Origin: Candidatus Cloacimonadales bacterium
GTDB taxonomy: Bacteria > Cloacimonadota > Cloacimonadia > Cloacimonadales > JAIOQZ01
Assembly (NCBI GenBank): GCA_963665815.1
Contig: OY762463.1
Span: 512,001-576,000, forward strand
Reading direction: 5' to 3'
Length of the DNA stretch: 64,000 bases
Under the pieces are notes generated by a model. That model did not search any database and was not told the origin of the DNA. It saw nothing but the letters and a program-made list of their open reading frames with translations. A program made the position numbers and the translations under genes. This document shows positions 10,034 through 17,936 of this stretch, piece by piece (the stretch's first letter is position 1; each line of letters starts with the position of its first letter).

Positions 10034-11011
10034 AATTCTCTGGCAAAAGCAAAAGCAGAGTGTGAAGCAGCTAATAAATATTATTGGGATCGAGCTAAAG
10101 CTGAACATGATGCCTGGTCGGATGAAATTGCAGAACTGGGCTGGGAAATGATAGAGGAAGCACTTGCTATTAAGGAGTTGTTAGAGACACTTGATGCATT
10201 GAAGGTTATGGGATTTAATGATAAAGACAATATTCCTGAAAACTATCCTACAAATGAGCTTTCAAAAGATAAAGAAGAAAACAAAAATCCTTCTAGAGTG
10301 CTTCAGGAAAAACTTACAAAAGTTATCAATGATCATTTCAGCACAGATTTTGAAGCAAGTATTCTAAAAAATCTGACAATAGGATCATTAGTTGGCGAAG
10401 GTTTCATTGACAAATTTGTTCAAGGATTTAGTGATATGCTTGAGCATGGTGGAACTGAAGGTTATGATCTAGTCAACAGTTTACTTGATGGCTTTGAAAA
10501 TGGGAAAAAACTTACCTTATTTGATACTTCACTAATTCCAGATGATTCTTCAACTGGATTTAATGGTATTCTACCTTTTACTAATGAAAAGAAACTAACA
10601 AACAATGTTCATTTGTATCTTGACTTACATACTTCCGTTGATGATAAAATGACTTCAACATTGCATACACAGTATATTACTTTAACACCTTTAAGAAAAA
10701 TGGTTCATGAGTTAACTCATGTGGCAGATTATTTTGGGTTTGAAAATTATGAAGAGTATACTGAATATAGAAAAGATTACAAAAAGTTTGGTAAAACGAG
10801 CATTATGAATGTTGGAGGAAGGAACTATAAACTTGATGTTCCAAATCCTGGAGAACTGAGTGCTCTAATGACAACCAATATAATTTTGAATAATATTCAG
10901 AATTCAAAAGGTATTCGGGACCAAGATGTGAGAACAGTATATGGAAGATTTAAGAATGAAGACTATAGCCCCATTCATTTTGAAACAGATTTGTATGGAA
11001 ATAAACTTTAA
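9938..11011 (+). CDS. HExxH zincin-like putative toxin or effector cassette, probably 5'-truncated (first ATG 9998)
   Basis: MVHELTHVAD motif with a downstream E (GELSA). The frame is open from 9938 (LDGALAASGWDFGQLLKYHQ) with no clear RBS before ATG 9998. Confidence 0.7.
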   Translation, partial: LDGALAASGWDFGQLLKYHQMKIQAEERMRYLNSLAKAKAECEAANKYYWDRAKAEHDAWSDEIAELGWEMIEEALAIKELLETLDALKVMGFNDKDNIPENYPTNELSKDKEENKNPSRVLQEKLTKVINDHFSTDFEASILKNLTIGSLVGEGFIDKFVQGFSDMLEHGGTEGYDLVNSLLDGFENGKKLTLFDTSLIPDDSSTGFNGILPFTNEKKLTNNVHLYLDLHTSVDDKMTSTLHTQYITLTPLRKMVHELTHVADYFGFENYEEYTEYRKDYKKFGKTSIMNVGGRNYKLDVPNPGELSALMTTNIILNNIQNSKGIRDQDVRTVYGRFKNEDYSPIHFETDLYGNKL

Positions 11012-11026
11012 CAAGGAGCAAATCAG

Positions 11027-12406
11027 ATGGTTAGATATATATACTTAGTAACATATTTTCTTTGTTTTACTTTCATCCTTAGCACAAATTGTTTTGCCAA
11101 GGATTTATGGGAATCTATTAAATTTGTTAAGCCTGAAAATGAAAATGAGGATTATTTTGTAGAGGATATTCAAAAGGACAAATTATTGATACAGAAGAGA
11201 ACTATATCATATCCTAATAAAGGAGTAAACCGACCATTTCAAGAGTCTTCTATTCTATTTGTTATGGATACATCAAATTCTCGAATTGATAGTATTATGT
11301 ATGCAGGATCAAATGATTTTTCTATAAGTAGTCCAAAGTTTAGTAAAGATGCTCAAGAATTATTTATGTATATATCATATAGAGATTCCTTATATGTTAA
11401 TGACTCACTCACTGCTGTTTATGATTATCCACAAAAAAATAACGGTCTTTTTGCAAAATTTAACAACAAGAAAGAGATTCAATGGATATTTTTTCCAGAA
11501 GTTAAATACTTACGATCAGCAAGATCTGGAAGAATAATTGGACAAAATAATAAATCTGATGTGTTTACTTCATTCAATTATCAAAGAATTGATAGCTTGA
11601 GTGAAAACTACGTTAAAAATGTAGTATACACAAAATTTTCTAGTTCTGGGCAGATACAATGGCAGCGAGAAATCGAGTACAATCTCGTTGAGATATCAAA
11701 CCCAATTACTTTTTTGTCAGATAATAATCTTTATTGTGCTACTGCTTTTAAAGATAGTATAAAACTTGAATCAAAGACAATCAAATCGAAATTCAATGAA
11801 TCGATAATAGTCTTAAAATTTGATACAGATGGTAACATCTTATGGCACAAACAAATTAATAAAGATTCGATAATTGAGGAAAAGAGAATCTGTAAAGGAG
11901 AAGATGGAAATTTATACTTAGCATTAATGTGTATAAATGATGTTGCTTTTGATGATAAAGTTATTAAATGTGCTCCCCTGAGTCTCGATGATGTTAATTC
12001 ATTAAGGAATTACGGTAGATGGTTAATTATTAAGTTTGATGATAATGGTGAAATTTTAAATGCAGGTTCAACAGGAATTTATGGATCAAATAGAGTAGAC
12101 TTCATGCGCATTGATAGTAATGGTAATGTTTTCTTTCAAGGAATCTTCTCGACATTATATAATGAAATGGCAAGTAAGAAACTTACTAATGACACCTATG
12201 ATCGATATTTCGAAGCGGTATTTGATTCTGACTTAAATCTAATCGAATACAAAATCTGTGAGGAAACATTTCCAGCAAGAATTCAATGGATGGACAATTT
12301 CATTATTAGAGAAGAGTTTGAGCAAAAAAAAGATTGTGACGATGTTAAATACAAAATACTGAAAGCAGATCTCCCTTTGCTGTTAAAAACAAAACCTGTG
12401 GAGTAA
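11027..12406 (+). CDS. Secreted beta-propeller-like protein (SBBP-type repeats), putative partner or immunity protein
   Basis: AAGGAG RBS, 15 bp after the upstream stop; signal peptide; KFSSSGQIQWQR, LKFDTDGNILWHK, IDSNGNVFFQG repeats. Confidence 0.75.
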   Translation: MVRYIYLVTYFLCFTFILSTNCFAKDLWESIKFVKPENENEDYFVEDIQKDKLLIQKRTISYPNKGVNRPFQESSILFVMDTSNSRIDSIMYAGSNDFSISSPKFSKDAQELFMYISYRDSLYVNDSLTAVYDYPQKNNGLFAKFNNKKEIQWIFFPEVKYLRSARSGRIIGQNNKSDVFTSFNYQRIDSLSENYVKNVVYTKFSSSGQIQWQREIEYNLVEISNPITFLSDNNLYCATAFKDSIKLESKTIKSKFNESIIVLKFDTDGNILWHKQINKDSIIEEKRICKGEDGNLYLALMCINDVAFDDKVIKCAPLSLDDVNSLRNYGRWLIIKFDDNGEILNAGSTGIYGSNRVDFMRIDSNGNVFFQGIFSTLYNEMASKKLTNDTYDRYFEAVFDSDLNLIEYKICEETFPARIQWMDNFIIREEFEQKKDCDDVKYKILKADLPLLLKTKPVE

Positions 12407-12412
12407 ATATAT

Positions 12413-12800
12413 AAGCCTGCCTCGAGCAGGCTTTTCTTTTAATCACATGTATTGCAAAGAAAGAATTGACTAAAAAAACGCTGTACTAAGAGTATTCATT
12501 TTAGTAGGTCATTGAAAAGGATAAGAAACTTCGCTGTATAAGCAATATACAAAGTTCTTTAAATGTATCTTCTATGGTCTTCGAACTGACGTTCTACAGA
12601 CCTGATGAAAGATTCTCGGGTATGCACCCTACGAACTTGTGGAGATGAGACTCTCGGACATATGTCCTACCAGCTCATAGCTTGACGGAGCTTTAGCAGC
12701 ATCCGGATGGGATTTCGGGCAACTTTTGAAGTACCACCAGACAAAAGTTCAGTATGAAGAAAGAATGAAGTTTCTGGAAGCTCTTGCTATTAAGGAGTTG
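12413..12800 (+). repeat. Cassette-junction repeat, copy 2, with a degenerate coding stub
   Basis: Matches 9670 onward. The ATG equivalent is ACA (12741). The stub reads ...QLLKYHQTKVQYEERMKFLEALAIKELL and stops soon after. Confidence 0.92.
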
Positions 12801-12999
12801 CTATCTAAGCTTCATGAAATGCGGATTCCAAAATTTTTTGTTTATGGTAAGATTTGTTTCTGATACTCACAAATAAAAGGAACATGTAAGTTTGTAGATT
12901 TCCTGAACATTTTACACCTGATCAATGTTTTTAAGTATCAACAAAATAATGAATATACTTCATAACGGATTAAACACAAAATATTTACAGGCTTTAAAA

Positions 13000-13099
13000 T
13001 GGTCGGGATGACAGGATTTGAACCTGCGGCCTCGCGGTCCTGAACCGGAAAGCTGAGTTTACTCAGTCTTCGAACGCTACCGAACTGCGCTACATCCCG
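13000..13099 (-). tRNA. tRNA-Pro-like gene (probably a pseudo-tRNA) with CAG anticodon and a 23-nt insertion in the anticodon stem
   Basis: Minus strand reads CGGGATG TA GCGC AGTTCGGTA GCGT T CG[AAGACTGAGTAAACTCAGCTTTC]CGG TTCAGGA CCGCG AGGCC GCAGG TTCAAAT CCTGT CATCCCG ACCA. Removing the bracket gives a 77-nt cloverleaf. Confidence 0.85.
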
Positions 13100-13674
13100 A
13101 CTATGAAGTATAAAAAAACATGCTGACATTTGCTGTAAAGTAATTTTTCAAGTTAATCTGTGATTTGTTGATTTATATCAGGAGCTAATGGCTATCAGGT
13201 TTCGGGATGATCCCGATTTATCGGGACGGCCTCACGGTCCTGAACCGGAAAGCTGAGTTTACTCAGTCTTCGAACGCTACCGAACTGAGCTACATCCCGA
13301 CTATGAAGTATAAAAAAAACATGCTGACATTTGCTGTAAAGTAATTTTTCAAGTTAATCTGTGATTTGTTGATTTATATCAGGAACTAATGGCTATCAGG
13401 TTTCGGGATGATCCCGATTTATCGGGACGGCCTCGCGGTCCTGAACCGGAAAGCTGAGTTTACTCAGTCTTCGAACGCTACCGAACTGCGCTACATCCCG
13501 ACTATGAAGTATAAAAAAACATGCTGACATTTGCTGTAAAGTAATTTTTCAAGTTAATCTGTGATTTGTTGATTTATATCAGGAGCTAATGGCTATCAGG
13601 TTTCGGGATGATCCCGATTTATCGGGACGGCCTCGCGGTCCTGAACCGGAAAGCTGAGTTTACTCAGTCTTCGA
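13003..13674 (-). repeat. Tandem array of ~3.3 units of 200-201 bp, each with a tRNA-Pro-like remnant and its upstream leader
   Basis: CGGCCTC anchor at 13027, 13227, 13428 and 13628; units differ by a few substitutions and A7/A8. Confidence 0.95.
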
Positions 13675-13726
13675 TTTATTCTGAGAGAAGTAATTTTTTC
13701 ATTTCCAAATAATCTCAAATTTATAC

Positions 13727-13754
13727 TTGACTTACAAACTATATGTACTATAAT
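13727..13754 (+). promoter_or_regulatory. Sigma70-like promoter of the HD gene
   Basis: TTGACT-16 bp-TATAAT, followed by an AAGGAGG RBS. Confidence 0.65.
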
Positions 13755-13786
13755 TTCTTGTTAAACTAAAAAACAAGGAGGATAAT

Positions 13787-14593
13787 ATGGAACGATCACC
13801 CAAGCAACTTAGTATGGAACGAAAAATCCTCAGGATTGCCAGTGGTAAAGCTGTAACCCTACTGGAAAGAATATTTGCAGATGATGAACTGCAGGCCATG
13901 CAGGATTATGCAAATTATGTGTCAATTAAACGTCTTGGATTCAACGATCATGGTCCTGTCCACATGAGAACAGCGACATATAACGCTCTGAAGATGTTCA
14001 ACCTGCTTAGAGAAGCAAATGTGAAGTTCACTTTGGAAGAAGAAGGAATTGGTGCTTCTGACGACAGTTTATGTGCTGTTGTAATGGGATCACTTTTTCA
14101 CGATCTCGGTATGACAATCACTCGCAGTAATCATGAATTCTACAGTTTTCAACTGGCTTTACCGTATATCCAGAGATTTCTGGATGAGATATATTCACCA
14201 GACCAGTTACTATTAAAAAAAGCAGTGCAGTCTGTTACTCTGGAAAGTATTATAGGACATATGGCAACAACTAAAATAAACTCTCTTGAAGCCGGTTTGG
14301 TTTTGATTGCCGATGGTTCTGACATGGAAAAGGGGAGAGCGAGAATACCGACTTTATTGTCCGGGGACCCAAAGCCCGGAGATATTCACAGAACATCAGC
14401 AGGAGAAATTGAGAATGTGATAATCTGTAAGGGTGAAGAAAAACCTATTAAGATTATTGTTAAGATGAATGCTTCGGTTGGACTATTCCAGATTGAGGAA
14501 GTGTTCTATCCAAAAATCAATTTTTCCCCAGTTAAAAAGTATATAGAACTTTATGCCGGTGTGAAAGAAAGAGAGCTGCTGAAATATCTTTAG
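13787..14593 (+). CDS. HD-domain metal-dependent phosphohydrolase (COG3294-like)
   Basis: NDHGPVH, LFHDLG, IIGH, IADGSDMEKGRAR motifs. Confidence 0.88.
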   Translation: MERSPKQLSMERKILRIASGKAVTLLERIFADDELQAMQDYANYVSIKRLGFNDHGPVHMRTATYNALKMFNLLREANVKFTLEEEGIGASDDSLCAVVMGSLFHDLGMTITRSNHEFYSFQLALPYIQRFLDEIYSPDQLLLKKAVQSVTLESIIGHMATTKINSLEAGLVLIADGSDMEKGRARIPTLLSGDPKPGDIHRTSAGEIENVIICKGEEKPIKIIVKMNASVGLFQIEEVFYPKINFSPVKKYIELYAGVKERELLKYL

Positions 14594-15093
14594 CAATGAT
14601 TGTGTGGGGTGAATACGGAGGATAGTTGTATTGTCAAATTAAAGGAAATTATCGGGATACCCTCTGAATGCTGAATCAGTATTATACACCGTGTATCCTG
14701 ACTTCTTATGATATTTTCAGAAGTTAAATAGTAATCCTTTAAATAACCTCTTAATTTATACAACCAACAGGAAAGATTTTTCTGAAAACAGTTCTGATGA
14801 CAGGAACGGCAAAAAGTAACTGCAACAGAATAGCTGATGTAAATCTGTGGGGAATATTCATAATTCAGACCGGGATAGTACTTGCTGATAAACCAATATG
14901 ATGATTAGCACCAGAGAGTTACCTGTAAGTGAGTTAATTAGTTCATGATATTTAAATTATACGTTTTAAAAATGGGGCAATAAATAATATGGCGATTGCT
15001 GTAATTTTCAAAATGTAGGAATTTTGTGTAAAAAATATATTGACAAACAGAAAATATGCTCAATTAGTTTGACAGTAAACTAAGGAGGTGCTT

Positions 15094-16308
15094 ATGTATA
15101 GAACTCTTATGTTAGTTCTTATAGTAATATTATTCACTGGATGTTCAACATCTGTAAGAAGCGGCTTAGATGAAATCGATACTGCTCCTGCTGCATCCTC
15201 ACATATGGAAGGTTACGGGTATAGACCAGAGGATACAGATTATGATTCAATGACAATGTACGAGTTATTAGAGAAACACAAGTTTGAATTCATTATCAAA
15301 AAATATGCCGGATGTGATACTCTAAAACCACATGAAACATCAATAGTAGGTCAAGCATACTATTTTCTGGATGATGATTTAAAAGCCATCGAATTTTTTG
15401 ATAAAGCAATAGACTCCGGCATGGAGAAAGCTCCTACATACTATTATAGAGCAGGCGCATATGCTATGCTGGGAAAATATGAAGAGTCCCTGAAAGATTA
15501 CAGAAAAGTATTGGAGATAGATCCATATGATGCCATGGCTTTTAATAAAATGAGTGAAATGTTTCTTAAAATGAATTTACCGGATTCAGCAATTGCATTA
15601 GGAAACAAAATCATTGAATTGAAAAGCGAAGAAAGAACTCCTCCAGTTTTCCTATATACTATTATCCCTAAAGCGTATCTGCATAAGGGAGAGACAGAGA
15701 AGGCTCTGGCGAAAATCGATGAAATTGCTCCTATGATCCCGAATGATGAAAATGAAAGAGCTATGTTCCTTTATCTGAAATTTGATATCTGTGCATATGA
15801 ATTACAGGATACATTAAGGGCTGAAAAAGCCCTCTTGGATATTATAAATGATAACCGGAAAAGCTATTTAAGTTATTCGGTCGTTATGAGGGGACTGAAT
15901 GAAATAAAGAAATATGAAAAAGCTGATTCATTGTTCAGAGTATTGAAAGATTTTTATGATACTGGGGTTTTGGCTGAAGCAGTCGGATCTGATTATAACT
16001 CTGTTATTTATGAACAGATTTTCCTGAAGGATGGATACAGAATTTATGTTTGGAGAGAATTGAAGTATCCTGAAAAGTTTCCTGAATCAATTTATATTGC
16101 CGAATTATATGACCCTTATGATAAAATGATCAGGCGAATTCAGACTGAGCTGGGAAAATCAATATTTTCTGAAGAACCTTCCCATTTTCTCGGAGAATAC
16201 CTGGTTAATGGACACCAGACTTTTCAATATGGGTGGAATTCAAAAGATATACCTTATGAATCTTTCCGCAGAATAGCTGTGGAAATACTGAAGTCAGGGA
16301 TTGAATAA
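15094..16308 (+). CDS. TPR-repeat lipoprotein
   Basis: Lipobox LFTGC; TPR patterns (YYYRAGAYAMLGKYEESLKDYRKVLEIDP); AAGGAGG RBS favours ATG 15094. Confidence 0.8.
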   Translation: MYRTLMLVLIVILFTGCSTSVRSGLDEIDTAPAASSHMEGYGYRPEDTDYDSMTMYELLEKHKFEFIIKKYAGCDTLKPHETSIVGQAYYFLDDDLKAIEFFDKAIDSGMEKAPTYYYRAGAYAMLGKYEESLKDYRKVLEIDPYDAMAFNKMSEMFLKMNLPDSAIALGNKIIELKSEERTPPVFLYTIIPKAYLHKGETEKALAKIDEIAPMIPNDENERAMFLYLKFDICAYELQDTLRAEKALLDIINDNRKSYLSYSVVMRGLNEIKKYEKADSLFRVLKDFYDTGVLAEAVGSDYNSVIYEQIFLKDGYRIYVWRELKYPEKFPESIYIAELYDPYDKMIRRIQTELGKSIFSEEPSHFLGEYLVNGHQTFQYGWNSKDIPYESFRRIAVEILKSGIE

Positions 16309-16323
16309 AGAGGTTTATAATGG

Positions 16324-16354
16324 AAAAACCTGCCGAGTAATCAGCAGGCTTTTG
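16324..16354. terminator. Bidirectional terminator
   Basis: CCTGC...GCAGG hairpin with A and T runs between convergent genes. Confidence 0.6.
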
Positions 16355-16366
16355 TTTATGTATAGT

Positions 16367-17227
16367 TTATACTTTTTCTGCCATTAATTCCTGATAAAAG
16401 TGATAAATTTCTTCATCATCATTATCGTTCGCATCCATATACTTTTTCAGGATAGATTTTGCATGGTTCTTCTTTCCGGTTGAAGCATACATCAGGGCAA
16501 GATTATAATACGCGTCAGGATTGTCCGGTTCAATTACAATTGCTTTTATGTAGTAACCTTCGGCGTCTTCTATTCTGTCCAGTTTCTCATAAAGAACAGC
16601 AAGATTAAGGGCAGCAGATGAATAGTCCTGAGAAAGTTTCAGGGCTTCATGATAATGGGTTTCAGCTTTTTCAAAGTCTTCTTTGTTTTCCTGCAGGATT
16701 GCATAATTATAGTGTGTTTCCGCGTTTTCAGGATCATTCTCCAGGCTTTTGATATAGAGCTCTTCAGCTTTGTCATTTTTACCTACATTATTAAAGAAAT
16801 CAGCAGCAACATTAATCAGGCTTGCATCATTCGGGTATTGTTCCAGAGCTTTGAGCAGAATGTCTTCAGCTTTTTCCAATTCATCAGAATCCAGATAAAA
16901 ATAAACTATGTTAAGAATATCGAATGTGTCAGAATTTGGAGATTCCATATTCATGATAAATTGCTTTTCTGCTTTTTCAGACATATCATTAATAAGGTAA
17001 AGCATTGCCAGATTCTCATAAGAATCTCTATACTCGGGATAACGTTCTATGGCGTTTTTATATGCCTGTTCTGCATTCTCGAATTCTTCAAGTTCATTGT
17101 AGAGAGCACCGAGATAATTGAACGCGTCTGCCTCTACTTTCATTGTTTTAATGTAGTGATTCACAACAGCAATCTCCTGCTTTATCTGCGATTCTTCAAG
17201 ATCATGTATATCTTTAAATTCTATCAT
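16367..17227 (-). CDS. TPR-repeat protein
   Basis: Consecutive TPRs (AFNYLGALY, AYYNLALMY); GGAG RBS before ATG 17227. Confidence 0.85.
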   Translation of the reverse strand: MIEFKDIHDLEESQIKQEIAVVNHYIKTMKVEADAFNYLGALYNELEEFENAEQAYKNAIERYPEYRDSYENLAMLYLINDMSEKAEKQFIMNMESPNSDTFDILNIVYFYLDSDELEKAEDILLKALEQYPNDASLINVAADFFNNVGKNDKAEELYIKSLENDPENAETHYNYAILQENKEDFEKAETHYHEALKLSQDYSSAALNLAVLYEKLDRIEDAEGYYIKAIVIEPDNPDAYYNLALMYASTGKKNHAKSILKKYMDANDNDDEEIYHFYQELMAEKV

Positions 17228-17428
17228 TTTGACTCCATTTTTTATTAGTGGAGGAATCTTCAAATAAGGGGTATTCATGTCAAACAAATAGTAATGTTTA
17301 TTTTTACAAGATTCTTTTAATGATGTCAATTATTTTTGAGACACTTAGAATTCTTCTGATAAAGTTATTGACTTTTAAAAATATCAAGATATTCTTTACT
17401 ATAGAAAAAATTAGTTTAAGGAGAAATT

Positions 17429-17830
17429 ATGAAAGTTATTTCGGCAACCGATGTAAAACTTGAAGAAGTGAATATTGAAGGAGCTAAAAAGACGAAGATC
17501 AGATGGTTGATTTCTCAAAAAGATAAAGCTCCCAATTTTGCAATGCGCATGTTCGAAGTAGAACCGGGAGGATTCACACCATACCACTCTCATTCATGGG
17601 AACATGAAGTATTTGTCGTTGAGGGAAGCGGAACATTCGTTACTGAAGAAAAAGAATATCCATTCAAAGCCGGTGACGTCATTTTTGCGGATCCGGAAAT
17701 GAAGCACCAATTCAGAAATGCAGGAGAATCTGTAATGAAGTTTCTCTGCCTTATTCCTTTGAACGATAAGCCAGTGCAGAAGAAAAAAGCAGCAAATCCT
17801 TTTGCTGCCGGAACTGCAAATAACTGTTAA
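17429..17830 (+). CDS. Cupin domain protein
   Basis: HSHSWEHEVFV...HQF metal-binding cupin motif. Confidence 0.9.
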   Translation: MKVISATDVKLEEVNIEGAKKTKIRWLISQKDKAPNFAMRMFEVEPGGFTPYHSHSWEHEVFVVEGSGTFVTEEKEYPFKAGDVIFADPEMKHQFRNAGESVMKFLCLIPLNDKPVQKKKAANPFAAGTANNC

Positions 17831-17855
17831 CCAACAGAGAATGTTATATATTTAA

Positions 17856-17915
17856 AGCAGGATACATTGTGTATCCTGCTTTTTTAACAAAAACAGCCTC
17901 CAATATAGAGGCTGT
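17856..17915. terminator. Two back-to-back terminators between convergent genes
   Basis: AAAGCAGGATAC/GTATCCTGCTTTT and ACAGCCTC/GAGGCTGT hairpins. Confidence 0.75.
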
Positions 17916-17936
17916 AGAACAAAATATCAACTTTAT

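Noticed and set aside
12938-13129. 63-aa ORF
   Set aside because: It is a translation of the tRNA-like sequence.
13003-13674. CRISPR array or functional tRNA operon
   Set aside because: The whole 200-bp unit repeats, and copies 2-4 lack the T-loop and CCA.
14594-15080. Possible gene remnant in the intergenic region
   Set aside because: Open stretches lack starts and recognisable similarity.
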